64,000 nucleotides of DNA, taken from the IMG/VR virus record IMGVR_UViG_3300036768_001879, positions 3,441 through 67,440 of that record. One strand, 5' to 3'. Shown here in pieces: positions 28,301 through 37,690 of this stretch (position 1 is the stretch's first letter; each line of letters starts with the position of its first letter). Both the position numbers and the translations under genes were made by a program. The stretch comes from a virus. Below the pieces are notes generated by a model. The model was given only the letters and a program-made list of their open reading frames with translations. It was not told the origin of the DNA and ran no database searches.

Positions 28301-30698
28301 GGGCGGGCCGCTGCTCAACCCGGCTGTGCGGTTCCCGATCAATCTGCGCACGGACGGTTTTCCGGGCAGTTCGATCAAGAACTGGGGGCAGCGCGCCTAC
28401 GGCGTCGAGCAGTATCTGGCCGATGTGCTGGCCAATCCGGTGCCGAGCCTTTCATCAATCAGCCCGAATACGAAGACAGCCGGTGATCCGCAGTTCACGC
28501 TCACGGTCAACGGGCTGAACTTCATCAGCACTTCAGCGGTGCGCGTCGGCGGCAGCGACCGCACGACGACCTTCATTTCAGCCACGCAGCTGCAGGCGAC
28601 GATTCCGGCCTCGGACGTTGCCGCGCCGGGCACGCTGCAGATTACGGTCTTCAATCCGGGGCCGGGCGGCGGCACCTCGAACGCCGTCACTCTGACGGTC
28701 AACGCGGGCGCGGGCGCGCCCACGATCAGCAGCCTGTCGCCTGCGTCGGCAGTGGCGGGCGGCGCGCAGTTCACGCTCACCGTCAATGGCGCGAATTACC
28801 AGAACGGCGCAGTAGTACGGTGGAACGGCTCGAACCGCACGACGACCTTTGTTTCGGCCACGCAGCTGCAGGCCACCATCCCTGCTACCGACATTGCTTC
28901 GCCCGGCTCGGCTACGGTCACGGTGCAGAACCCGGACGCACAGATCAGCAACGGCGCTACCTTTACGATCACCGCGCCAGCGCCCACGATCAGCAGCCTG
29001 TCGCCCGCGTCGGCTACAGCCGGTGGCGCGCAGTTCACGCTCACGGTCAACGGCTCGAACTTCCAGAGCGGCTCGACCGTGCGCTGGAACGGCTCAAACC
29101 GCACGACGACCTTTGTGTCCTCGACGCAGCTGCAGGCGACGATTCTGGCCGCTGATATTGCTTCGCCCGGTTCGGCTACGGTTACGGTTGTTAATCCCGA
29201 CAACCAGGTCAGCAACGGCGCGACGTTCACCATCAACAGCGCTTCCGCGCCCACGATCAGCAGCCTGTCGCCCGCGTCAGCGGTGGCGGGCGGCGCGCAG
29301 TTCACGCTCACCGTCAATGGCGCGAATTACCAGAACGGCGCAGTAGTACGGTGGAACGGCTCGAACCGCACGACGACCTTTGTTTCGGCCACGCAGCTGC
29401 AGGCCACCATCCCTGCTACTGACATTGCCTCGCCCGGCTCGGCTACGGTTACGGTGCAAAACCCGGACGCGCAGATCAGCAACGGCGCAACGTTCACCAT
29501 CAACGCCGCCAACAATCCGGTGCCGGTGCTCAACGGCATTTCGCCTTCAGCGGCTTCAGCGGGCGGGCCGCAGTTCACGCTGACGCTCAATGGGTCGAGT
29601 TTTATTTCTTCCAGTCAGGCCAGGTGGAACGGCCAGCCGCTGACCACGACCTTCGTTTCAACCACGCAGCTGACAGCGGTTGTTCCGGCTTCGCTGATCG
29701 CGGTGCCGGGCAGCGCGACCGTGACAGTCTTCAACCCAACGCCGGGCGGCGGAACGTCAGCCGGGCGGATATTCACGATTTCGGGAGGCCAGAGTATGCC
29801 GCCACCAGGGATCACTTCGCTCTCGCCTTCGCAGGTGGTCATCAACAGCGGTTCGTTTACGCTCGTGGTTACGGGCGGGGATTTCGTTTCGGGCATTGCG
29901 GGCAAGATTCAGAACGTGCAGCGCCCGACCACCTTCGTCAGCGAATCGCAGTGCAACATTGCGGTGCAGAACGCCGACATTCAGACGCTCGGCCCGCACG
30001 ATGTGGTCGTTGTCAATCCGGACGGTCAGGCGAGCAACGTCGTGCAGTTTCAGGTAGTCAATCCTTCAGGGCCGACAATCTACGGGCTGTCGCCGTCGAG
30101 CGCGCCGGAAGGCACGCAGGGGCTGACGCTCGTGGTCACGGGCGTCAACTTCGCTTCGGGCGCAGCGGTCAGAGTCAACGGGCAGGCGCGTTCGACGAGC
30201 TTCGTCAGCAGCACACAGCTGCGGGCGCAGCTCACAACAGCCGACCTGCAGACGCCCGGCGTGCTCAATATCACGGTCGCCAATCCGAACAACGACGTCT
30301 CTCCGGCTGTCGGCTTCACGGTGATTGCGGTCAACCGCTTTGCGCCCACGCCCACCATCAGGCCGAAACTTGAAACCATCTACCTTGAAACGGGCGACAA
30401 GTTCAGCGCCCGGCGCGTCTTCCGGCGCGGCTCGGACATTCTGGATCTGACCGGCTGCAAGGCCGAGTTCGAGGTCAAACGTTCGCGCACCGCGCCCGCC
30501 ACCGATGCGCCGCTCCTGCTGCTGACGTCGGACGCGGGCGACATTGCGCTCGACCTGAACGCGGGCAGCATGACGGTCAACGCCAGCGAACTGACCATCA
30601 ATCAGCAGCAGTGGCGGCTCGGGTGGTATCGCTGGCGCGTCATTACCGCTGCCGGCGAACACGTCACGCTGCTGCACGGCGAAATCTGGAGGCGCTGA
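25344..30698 (+). CDS. large virion adhesin: YetA/PcRGLX-like lyase-fold domain + 7 IPT/TIG repeats
   Basis: PVTIGVPF N-terminus, NHYD, SHTWHEGL, RWTGWP barrel motifs; seven P(T/S)ISSLSP..FTLTVNG.NF repeats; C-terminal DLTGC..adaptor domain. Confidence 0.7.
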   Translation: MNPVTVNVQNAALPVTIGVPFAQSENLLSTAALRVRNPSGTVIAGSGAFEILARWGGLKTDTARPIMIALVSFKPSTGVAGNYTIDDSNASFTPAPITVTSNPGDYRVQNGAIDVRISKTSTDLLTSFQISGSEQLAAGSKPRLNAVASASAIRTTGVADVGTNTITVTSTTGLSVGTQIRLKWDGPLLYIQGGAVVASGDYGFYSNSLTPKRTFWINRGGANQESLTADFVYPGSGTSEWYYVSAPANSHSAGELVEDKSLLDDFNASGAYTINAINGNTLTLNRNLGVRVIENTQLEVQGGGTGPVTAPFQPASCSVERQTDNYVVIRQVGHFTSNVNPLVEVTVRWHIYNGMSWLRAQVRLNNYSADTSVTATDAPFDELRMDVPTASAASGSDAVSDNATAVSRVNAGTTTVTLSAGSFQISVPEFAEKYPKSIAGDAGGFHFGIFPAATNQQLPGDRAISHEFYLGNSTATPATLTSRPTNCALQPSYVVNTQAHRAVTTVAQTYTAAQFGGDSEMAEAANRNEDALAVIYDVSKAVAYGSQPAQSAKEFRNRGEYGDGYGWTIFGTFPWQDNPRCYNHYDTQFHTLVQYLRTGDLRALQLGSECARYMADYGMIQSRIFGGGNPYNQYQGLARFEDEDRRGPGFLSHTWHEGLWLYWAVTGDQAVFDSAMLTIEGRDQTGATQPGCLKAADWYPAGTGLYPGSYYGHGASFNIWTGNDGTRWTGWPILGLMAAYRYTGRSDLLTLAGQYASCFTQTEAAQGNHGYFIQDGSFATANSADPPGNAPSFIQYGYTLIGMIEYWKQTGDQTVRDYISRVGQMLLKGDSQAAQARKDNALSGGVSFAGQYLAIEGNYFWWPLAQTTLASGINNTVTSITLTDASKFPFWGSIAIDDGINIEYCTVSNRSGNTLTVARGKYGSTARTWSAGVTVYVQAWDGDGPTSGRAIDYLPCISTAAKITGDTGLQNLAKRIFKDTAFYFGQGGPLLNPAVRFPINLRTDGFPGSSIKNWGQRAYGVEQYLADVLANPVPSLSSISPNTKTAGDPQFTLTVNGLNFISTSAVRVGGSDRTTTFISATQLQATIPASDVAAPGTLQITVFNPGPGGGTSNAVTLTVNAGAGAPTISSLSPASAVAGGAQFTLTVNGANYQNGAVVRWNGSNRTTTFVSATQLQATIPATDIASPGSATVTVQNPDAQISNGATFTITAPAPTISSLSPASATAGGAQFTLTVNGSNFQSGSTVRWNGSNRTTTFVSSTQLQATILAADIASPGSATVTVVNPDNQVSNGATFTINSASAPTISSLSPASAVAGGAQFTLTVNGANYQNGAVVRWNGSNRTTTFVSATQLQATIPATDIASPGSATVTVQNPDAQISNGATFTINAANNPVPVLNGISPSAASAGGPQFTLTLNGSSFISSSQARWNGQPLTTTFVSTTQLTAVVPASLIAVPGSATVTVFNPTPGGGTSAGRIFTISGGQSMPPPGITSLSPSQVVINSGSFTLVVTGGDFVSGIAGKIQNVQRPTTFVSESQCNIAVQNADIQTLGPHDVVVVNPDGQASNVVQFQVVNPSGPTIYGLSPSSAPEGTQGLTLVVTGVNFASGAAVRVNGQARSTSFVSSTQLRAQLTTADLQTPGVLNITVANPNNDVSPAVGFTVIAVNRFAPTPTIRPKLETIYLETGDKFSARRVFRRGSDILDLTGCKAEFEVKRSRTAPATDAPLLLLTSDAGDIALDLNAGSMTVNASELTINQQQWRLGWYRWRVITAAGEHVTLLHGEIWRR
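28716..29510 (+). repeat. three tandem ~265-bp IPT/TIG-coding repeats
   Basis: GCGCCCACGATCAGCAGCCTGTCGCC at 28716, 28980 and 29247; copies 1 and 3 nearly identical. Confidence 0.85.
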
Positions 30699-30812
30699 AT
30701 GGACTGCGAGATTCAGGTTGTCTTTGACGATGAAGCAGTGGAGGTCAGCTTCGATGATGAAGTCGTGCAGATTGACTTCGATGATGAAACCGTAGAGCAG
30801 CAGCAGTGCTGA
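30699..30812 (+). CDS. 37-aa acidic peptide
   Basis: ATG directly after the adhesin stop; three FDDE repeats. Confidence 0.4.
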   Translation: MDCEIQVVFDDEAVEVSFDDEVVQIDFDDETVEQQQC

Positions 30813-30822
30813 GCGGCCCGGT

Positions 30823-31242
30823 ATGAAGACTCAGGTGTTCCACAACTTTTTCACCGCAAACCCCGTTGCGCGGCAGAAACGGAGTTCGATGAAGATGTCC
30901 GAATTGACCGGTGAGATTGTCAAGATGGCAGTGGCGGCGGCAGGCGCGGCGGTTTCAGGCTGGCTGGCAGCTTCGCTCAGAAAGGTTTCACCGCGTCAGC
31001 TGGATGAACGCCTTGCGCCGCTCGCAAAGGAACAGCTGGCGCTGGAAGCGCACCTGGCGGCGCTGGAGGCGCGCACCGCTGACCGGCTTGAACAACTCTC
31101 CCTGCAGTATGTCACACTGCGCCAGTTCGAGGCTTCAATGGAGGCGTTCGCGCAGCGCATTGGCGACGTCAACGCGCAGCTGACCGAAATGCGCCACTCG
31201 CTCAGCGAACTGCTGCGGCAGGGCGGGAAGCGCGGCCCGTAA
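30823..31242 (+). CDS. membrane-anchored coiled-coil protein
   Basis: Hydrophobic helix AVAAAGAAVSGWL then coiled coil; true start may be 30889. Confidence 0.5.
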   Translation: MKTQVFHNFFTANPVARQKRSSMKMSELTGEIVKMAVAAAGAAVSGWLAASLRKVSPRQLDERLAPLAKEQLALEAHLAALEARTADRLEQLSLQYVTLRQFEASMEAFAQRIGDVNAQLTEMRHSLSELLRQGGKRGP

Positions 31243-31379
31243 AACCGCTTTATTGATTTCAGTAGACAGCGTGTTGATTACACGCTACAGTGCGCGAAAA
31301 CCGCGCTGAAGGGTGACAGCGCGCGCGCGTCCTGATTCGCGCGGGGGGCCTTGCGAATCAGGACGCCCACCAGAGAACC

Positions 31380-32828
31380 ATGAAGCGACGACACCGGAAA
31401 GCTCAACCGCCGCCGCGCCGCAGCGCAGCCACTGCCGCCGCCGTGCAGCCCGCGCCAGGCTTTGATCCGACGCAGGATTACGTGTCCGGCGGGCAGCGCA
31501 TGCCCGGCGCTGAAGCGCGCGCGCTCGGCATTGAACCGCTCGACCAGGATCATCGTCAGCGGTTTCAGACCTACGAGCGGATGCTCGACGACGCCGACAT
31601 TGCCGCGCCGCTGATGATCCTGAAGAACGCCGTCCTGAACGCGCCCATTCAGGTGCTCTCGCGGGTTGACGATGACACCGCGCCGGATTACGCCCGCGCC
31701 ACCGAGCTTGCCGCCTTCGGCGAATGGGCGCTCAGTAACCTGCAGACGCCGCTGCGCCGGACGCTCTACCAGATGCTCGACTCGCGCGTCTTCGGCTACA
31801 AGATCGCCGAGCAGACCTGGATGCCCGTGACCGAAGGCCCGTACAAAGGCAAGACCACCGTGCGCTCGCTCAAGGTCAAGCCGGTGCGCAACCTGGCCTT
31901 TGTGACCGATCAGTTCAACAACATTGTCGGGTTCCTCTACGTGGGCAAAAACAGCCCGCTGGTGGCGGCGGCGCAGGGCGTGGTGGACCCGCAGCGGCTG
32001 CTGCCGCGCTCCAAATGCGCCGTGCTCAATCACAACCTGATGGACGAGGATCCGCGCGGGCGCAGCAGCCTGCGCCCGCTGGTGGGCGACTGGATCATGC
32101 GGCGGCAGCTGAAGCCGGAGTATCTGCGGCATCTGCAAATCTTCGGCGGCGGCTTCATCGTGGGCGAAACCGCGCCCAATGCGCCCGACGAGGAGCGCCG
32201 CGACGAGACGACCGGCGAACTCGTGCTCAAGGACGGCAAGCCGGTCAGGATCTCGGCTGTCGCCTATATGAACTCGCAGCTGCGCAAGCTGCGGCAGGGC
32301 GGCACCATCGCCGTGCGCAACGGCGCAAAGATCAACATCATTCAGGCCGAGAACGACGGCGAAGCCTACATCAAGGCGTTCAACTGGCTGACGCAGCGCA
32401 GCGTGCGCGCGCTGCTCGGACAGACGCTCGCCGTGCTTGAAGGCGAACACAACGCGCGAGCGGCGGCTGACACGGCGCTGCGCGTGCTCTGGATGCTGAT
32501 TAAATCCGTCAAGCAGGACATTGAGGAAATGCTGCAGCAGGACGTCCTCAAGCCGCTGCTGATTGAAAACTATGGGCGCGCGGCAACCGAACTGCTGCCG
32601 CGCGTCAGCCTGGGCGACGTCGAAGCCAAGGACGTGGCCGCGCTGGCCAATGCGGTAGCCGCGCTCGGGCAGATCAACTGGTGGGAAGAAGATCAGAAGG
32701 ATGCGCTCAACACGATGATGAACTTCCCGACTTCGCGCCGCCGTCAGAGCGGCGACAGCACAGGCAATGCCGGAACCGGAGAACAAAACCAGGGCCAGGG
32801 GCCGGGCGCTGCGCCGCAGCGAGCGTGA
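31380..32828 (+). CDS. portal protein (DUF935/Mu gp29-like)
   Basis: YERMLDDADI, FGYKIAE, DPRGRSSLRP, ALLGQTL motifs; position before head genes. Confidence 0.8.
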   Translation: MKRRHRKAQPPPRRSAATAAAVQPAPGFDPTQDYVSGGQRMPGAEARALGIEPLDQDHRQRFQTYERMLDDADIAAPLMILKNAVLNAPIQVLSRVDDDTAPDYARATELAAFGEWALSNLQTPLRRTLYQMLDSRVFGYKIAEQTWMPVTEGPYKGKTTVRSLKVKPVRNLAFVTDQFNNIVGFLYVGKNSPLVAAAQGVVDPQRLLPRSKCAVLNHNLMDEDPRGRSSLRPLVGDWIMRRQLKPEYLRHLQIFGGGFIVGETAPNAPDEERRDETTGELVLKDGKPVRISAVAYMNSQLRKLRQGGTIAVRNGAKINIIQAENDGEAYIKAFNWLTQRSVRALLGQTLAVLEGEHNARAAADTALRVLWMLIKSVKQDIEEMLQQDVLKPLLIENYGRAATELLPRVSLGDVEAKDVAALANAVAALGQINWWEEDQKDALNTMMNFPTSRRRQSGDSTGNAGTGEQNQGQGPGAAPQRA

Positions 32829-32957
32829 CCTGCGACGGCTGGCCGCCGTCACCCGGCAGCGCATTGACTACGCGCGCGATCTGGCGCGCCGCGCCGACGC
32901 CGCCGACTTCATGGAAGCCGAGCCGGTCAGCGGCGCAGCCGACGATGAGGAAAGCTG

Positions 32958-33575
32958 ATGGCCGTCAGGTGGGACACAAAGGCGCGGCGATTCCGCGGCG
33001 CTGACGGCGCGTTTGTGGCAGCTGGCCGCGTGCGCCAGGCAGCCGGGCGCATCAGCGAGCAGCTGGAGAAGGATTTCCTCGCGCTCGGCAAAAAGCTCGA
33101 ACGCGGGATGCGGATTGAAACCTGGCAGACGCGCATGGAACACCTGATCCGCTCCGGACACATTGCCACCAGCGCCATTGCGCGCGGCGGCTGGAAGAAT
33201 CAGTCGCGCGCCGCGCAGCGGCAGGTCGAAGCGCGCATCGCGCGCGAACTGCGCCACCTGGGCAATCTGGCGCTGGAACTTGAAAACGGGCTGCCGCTGG
33301 ACGGGCGCTTCACGAACCGTCTGCGGATGTACGCGCGGGCCGTCATCGGCACCTACGAGCAGCAGCGCCGCGCCGACCTGAACGAGCATCGCGAAGTAAT
33401 CAGGGAGCGCCGCCTGCTGCACGCCGAGGAGAGTTGTGACGACTGCATCGGCTACGCGCGGCGCGGCTGGCAGGAGCCGGGCGTGCTGCCCGGCATTGGC
33501 GAGGAATGCGCCTGCAAGAGCAACTGCCGCTGCACGTTCGAACTGCGCTACAAGAGGAAGAACCGCCATGAATGA
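32958..33575 (+). CDS. head morphogenesis protein (Mu gpF-like)
   Basis: ESCDDC...CACKSNCRC C-terminal motif, after portal. Confidence 0.7.
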   Translation: MAVRWDTKARRFRGADGAFVAAGRVRQAAGRISEQLEKDFLALGKKLERGMRIETWQTRMEHLIRSGHIATSAIARGGWKNQSRAAQRQVEARIARELRHLGNLALELENGLPLDGRFTNRLRMYARAVIGTYEQQRRADLNEHREVIRERRLLHAEESCDDCIGYARRGWQEPGVLPGIGEECACKSNCRCTFELRYKRKNRHE

Positions 33576-35103
33576 ACGCACACGCCTGATGACGGACTTC
33601 GTTTACAACGCGCCCTGGCTGATTACGGAAGCCGGGCTGCGCGCGCTGGCGGCAAGCCTTGAGGACGGCGCGGCGCGTTCGCCCGAACCCGAAGGCGAAC
33701 GCGCCGAACGCCTGGCGGCAGCCTCCGTGAACGAAGCTGCCAAAACCTTGAACAAGACCGAGGACGGGATCGCCGTGATCCCGGTTCGCGGGCCGCTCGT
33801 CGGCGCGCTGACGCTGTGGCAGATGATTGCGGGCGGCGCAACACTGACCGGCGCACTGCGCAACCGCATCGCTGCCGCCGCCGACGCGCCCGACGTTTCG
33901 GCCATCGTGCTGGACATCAACAGTCCGGGCGGGCAGGTGACGGGCATTGCCGAGACGGGCGCTGAGATTGCGCGCGCCGCCGAGCGCAAGCCGGTCATTG
34001 CCTACGCGGGCGGGATGTGCGCGTCGGCGGCTTACTGGCTGGCCTCGCAGGCGACGGAGATCGTAGCTGACCCGACCGCCGAACTGGGCAGCATCGGCGT
34101 GGTGGTTGAATGGGCCGATACGCGCGGTTTCTGGGAGCAGCTGGGCGTGCGCTTTCACACTTTCGTCAGCAGCCGCGCGCCCAGGAAGCGCATTGATGTG
34201 CGGTCGGACAACGGGCTGGCGCGGCTGGAGATCACCGGGTTGCTCGACAAACTTGAGGAACAGTTCTATCAGGCGGTGGCTGCCGGGCGCGACGTGACGA
34301 CCGAGAAGATTGCGCGCGACTTCGGGCAGGGCGGCGTGATGATTGCCGCCGATGCCATCCGGGCCGGAATGGCCGACCGCACGGGCTTCTTCGGCGAAGC
34401 TCTCGCAGCGGCGCGCAAGCGCCGCCGCAGCTATGGAATGTCGGGCCTGCGCGCCGCTGCGCCCGAACCTTCAGATCAGTCTGCGCCCGGCGCGCCGCCC
34501 GAGGCGTCCACCTCAACCGAAAACCCGCCGACCTCCGGGTCGGCAGCCACTGTGGAGGAAAGTATGTCCCTTATTGAAAAAATCCAGAAAGCGCTCGGCC
34601 TTGAGCGCGCCGACGCTGAAGCCGCCATCCGCACCGCAGCGGCTGAAATCGCACCCGCCGCCGCTGAAGCCGCTCACAGTCAGGCGGAACTGGAAGCCGA
34701 ACGCCAGCGCCGCGAAGCCGCCGAACAGGCGCTCGCCGCTGCGCGCAGCCGCACCCGCGAACTGATGATCCAGGCCACTTATACCGAGCTTCATATTGGC
34801 GCCTGCATTGCTCCGGCGCAGGAAGCGCGCTTCCGCGAACTGGCCGCGCAGATGCTCGACGACGATCACGCGCATCCGCTCGCAACAGGCTCGCGCTTTG
34901 ACGCGCTGCGCGAACTGCTGCGCGCCGCGCCGCGCCACGACATGTTTGCCGAACAGGTGGAGGGCGCGCGGGCGCTCAATCCGGATCCGGCTGACGACGA
35001 AGCGGCGGCAGAAGCGCACACCGCCGATCAGTACGCCGACGTGCTGCGCCAGACGCCGCTCGGACGGCGCGCGCTGGCGCTGGTGGAAAACAAGGGCGCA
35101 TAG
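33568..35103 (+). CDS. S49 family prohead protease with C-terminal scaffold
   Basis: LDINSPGG, CASAAYWLASQA, GSIGV; internal GGAGG-ATG at 34564. Confidence 0.88.
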   Translation: MNERTRLMTDFVYNAPWLITEAGLRALAASLEDGAARSPEPEGERAERLAAASVNEAAKTLNKTEDGIAVIPVRGPLVGALTLWQMIAGGATLTGALRNRIAAAADAPDVSAIVLDINSPGGQVTGIAETGAEIARAAERKPVIAYAGGMCASAAYWLASQATEIVADPTAELGSIGVVVEWADTRGFWEQLGVRFHTFVSSRAPRKRIDVRSDNGLARLEITGLLDKLEEQFYQAVAAGRDVTTEKIARDFGQGGVMIAADAIRAGMADRTGFFGEALAAARKRRRSYGMSGLRAAAPEPSDQSAPGAPPEASTSTENPPTSGSAATVEESMSLIEKIQKALGLERADAEAAIRTAAAEIAPAAAEAAHSQAELEAERQRREAAEQALAAARSRTRELMIQATYTELHIGACIAPAQEARFRELAAQMLDDDHAHPLATGSRFDALRELLRAAPRHDMFAEQVEGARALNPDPADDEAAAEAHTADQYADVLRQTPLGRRALALVENKGA

Positions 35104-35152
35104 GCCGCGCGGCCTGCGCTGATCGCTGACCCACACTCTCAAGGAGACAATT

Positions 35153-35563
35153 ATGCCGCAGACCTTTCTTCATCAGTTCGCGCCGGACTTCTTCAAACCG
35201 GCCTACGACAACGAACGCAACTTCACGGATGCCTTCCAGTTTGAACCGAACCAGAACATCCCCAAAGGTTCGCCGCTCGGCATCGTCACTGCGAGCGGCA
35301 AGCTGAAGGTGCGCAACGGCGCAGCCTCTGACGGTTCGCAAACGGCTGTCGGGTTCGCCAAATACGACATGCAGGTGGACGCCAACGGCAAAATCACGCT
35401 CTCCTCAACCTCGGGGCAGTCGGGCGGTTTCTCCTACGAGAAACTCGATCACGCCGAAATCTGGCTGGGCGGCGCTTTCAACACTGCGCAGATTCCGGGC
35501 TGGACGGCGGCCATTGCCGGCGAGGTCAACGGGCGCGTGGTCGCGGGCGTGCTGATCTTCTGA
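35153..35563 (+). CDS. head decoration protein (lambda D-like)
   Basis: GSPLGIVTASGK..ASDGSQTAVG motif; AAGGAG RBS. Confidence 0.75.
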   Translation: MPQTFLHQFAPDFFKPAYDNERNFTDAFQFEPNQNIPKGSPLGIVTASGKLKVRNGAASDGSQTAVGFAKYDMQVDANGKITLSSTSGQSGGFSYEKLDHAEIWLGGAFNTAQIPGWTAAIAGEVNGRVVAGVLIF

Positions 35564-35589
35564 ACCGGAGCCTGCGGCTGCTTCGGGTA

Positions 35590-35696
35590 TTGATTTTCAT
35601 CAATGGCTGATTGATTTGCGTCAACAACCGTTACGCCCGGAGCCGTTGCCTGCGCCGGGCATTGATTTCAAACAATGGCTGATTGATCTGCGTCAA
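35590..35696. promoter_or_regulatory. four TTGAT-N4-RTCAA boxes in a 72-bp direct repeat before the capsid gene
   Basis: Boxes at 35590, 35611, 35662, 35683; the first is TTGATTTTCATCAA. Confidence 0.65.
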
Positions 35697-35721
35697 CAGC
35701 CGTTCTGCAAGGAGAACACTG

Positions 35722-36744
35722 ATGAGCGTTTTTGCCTACAAATCGAATGAACAGTGGCAGGAGATCGCGCGGCTCAAGATGCAGCCGATGACCACCGGCG
35801 AATCGGCTGATCCGATCTTCCGGTACTTTCCGGTCGTGGAGAAGCAGACCGACCGCCTGCGCTGGGAGCAGAAGGATCTTTACGCCGGATTGCAGCAGGT
35901 GCGCGGCCTCGGCTCGCAGTTCCGCAGCGTGGCGCATCGCGGCAGCCGGTTGTTTGAAGTGACGCCGGGCTATTACGGCGAATACAAGCTGCTCGACGAG
36001 CGGCAGCTGACGCAGCGCGCCGCCTTCGCCGGCGACGGCCCGGTCAACGTGGACGACCTTGTCAGCGAGGCGCAGGACGAACTGCTGGTGCGCGAAGTGG
36101 CGCTGATCCGCTACATCCTCTGGACGCTCGTGACGACCGGCACCTTCGCCGTCAGCGATGGCACGCGCGTGCAGTACACCGACACCTATCCGATCCGGCA
36201 GTTCACCATGTCGGACTGGTCGAACACGGCTGCGGCCACGCCGCTCGATGACTTCCGGCAGAACTCCACGCGCGGGCGCGGTTATGGCGCAACGTTCGGG
36301 CAGGGCGCGCTGGCCGTGATGAACCAGACGACCGCCAACTACATGTTCAAGAACACGAACGCCAGCGACCTCGGCGGGCGACGCATTGGCGGCGGCAACA
36401 CGGTCAACGGACTGGCGGGCGTGACGCAGATTCTGCGCGATGAACTGCTGCCCGACATTGCCGTCATGGATGACACCTGGACGGATGAAAGCGGCAACGA
36501 GAATCCGTTCATCGCCGACGACAAGGTGGTGATCTTCGGTCGCCGCACGGACGGCAACCCGCTCGGCAACTATGCGCAGACGCTCAACGCCAACCGGCTG
36601 GTTGACGGCGCGGCGGTCACAGCCGGGCCATTCAGCTACGTCAAATCGAGCGACGAGCCGCCCGTTGAGATCAAGGTCTATCAGGGCCACAACGGCGGCG
36701 TCGAACTCTGGTATCCGGGTTCGATCATCGTGCTCAACGTCTGA
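35722..36744 (+). CDS. major capsid protein (lambda gpE-like)
   Basis: Follows protease and decoration genes; DWSNTAAATPLDD, FIADDKVV; AAGGAG RBS. Confidence 0.8.
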   Translation: MSVFAYKSNEQWQEIARLKMQPMTTGESADPIFRYFPVVEKQTDRLRWEQKDLYAGLQQVRGLGSQFRSVAHRGSRLFEVTPGYYGEYKLLDERQLTQRAAFAGDGPVNVDDLVSEAQDELLVREVALIRYILWTLVTTGTFAVSDGTRVQYTDTYPIRQFTMSDWSNTAAATPLDDFRQNSTRGRGYGATFGQGALAVMNQTTANYMFKNTNASDLGGRRIGGGNTVNGLAGVTQILRDELLPDIAVMDDTWTDESGNENPFIADDKVVIFGRRTDGNPLGNYAQTLNANRLVDGAAVTAGPFSYVKSSDEPPVEIKVYQGHNGGVELWYPGSIIVLNV

Positions 36745-36833
36745 GGCGCGCCCCGGACGCTGAACCAAACAATCAGGCGGCACGGGCGAGCGCTGGCCAG
36801 CGCCCGACTGCTCGCCGCGCAGGGAGAGTTTCA

Positions 36834-37217
36834 ATGGCAGAGAAAAAATTCGTCGTGCTGCACGACGCCGTCAAACTCGACGACAGCCTTGACGGCATAA
36901 AAACAAAGGGTTCGGTGGTGGCAATCGCCGAGCAGTCGCTCGTTGACCGGCTGCTCGGCTTTGGCGCAATTCGCCCGGCGCTGGCCGAGGAAGCCGCGCT
37001 TGAGCGCGTTGAGATCGTGGAATCGCTGGCTTCGGCTGAGGTCTTTGCGGCAGCGCAGCTGCGCGAAGCCGCCGAAGCGCGCCAGCAGCTCAACATTGCG
37101 CTGGCGCGGATCGCGCAGCTTGAAGCCGAAAACGCCGAACTCCGGCAGGCGCTTGAAGCGGCGCAGGCGGCGGCAGCGCAGTCCGAGACGGCCAGACAGC
37201 CTGCCGGGAAGAAGTAA
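36834..37217 (+). CDS. hypothetical virion protein
   Basis: After MCP; coiled coil. Confidence 0.55.
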   Translation: MAEKKFVVLHDAVKLDDSLDGIKTKGSVVAIAEQSLVDRLLGFGAIRPALAEEAALERVEIVESLASAEVFAAAQLREAAEARQQLNIALARIAQLEAENAELRQALEAAQAAAAQSETARQPAGKK

Positions 37218-37690
37218 TGCCCATTCTGACGCCGGAAGAATTCGCTGATCGGTACCCCGTGCAGGGCGTCAACGCCGGACTGCTGCGCGACACGCTGCTC
37301 TACGCCGAACAGCAGGTGCGGCGCAGCATCACCGCTGGCGTTTACGAGCAGGTGGCGGGCAGTCCCGACAGCGATCAGGCGCGGCTCGTGGCGCTGGCCG
37401 AAGGGCAGTACGCCTGGGCCTGGCTGCTCGGCAACCGGTCGCTCGCGCTGCTCTCAACCGGCGCGGCCATCAGGCTCCGGCTGCCCGATGGCGTTGAGGT
37501 TCAGAACGCCACGCCGGAACAGATCGCCGCCGCCGTGGCAACGCTCGAACGAGCCGCCGCCGCAGCCGTCAGTTCGCTGGTCGCCGGGGATGAAACCATT
37601 CACCTGCCCGATATTGACGTAGCCGTGATTGACCCGTTTGGCGATCTGGCCTGCACCGACCGCCAGATTGACGAAAGGAACGTGCTGTGA
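37217..37690 (+). CDS. putative head-tail adaptor
   Basis: Position, TAATG coupling, ILTPEEFADRYP start. Confidence 0.5.
   Translation: MPILTPEEFADRYPVQGVNAGLLRDTLLYAEQQVRRSITAGVYEQVAGSPDSDQARLVALAEGQYAWAWLLGNRSLALLSTGAAIRLRLPDGVEVQNATPEQIAAAVATLERAAAAAVSSLVAGDETIHLPDIDVAVIDPFGDLACTDRQIDERNVL

Noticed and set aside
28716-29510. Diversity-generating retroelement template/variable repeats
   Set aside because: Differences between copies 1 and 3 are synonymous third-position changes, not adenine-specific; both are in frame in one gene; no reverse transcriptase is seen
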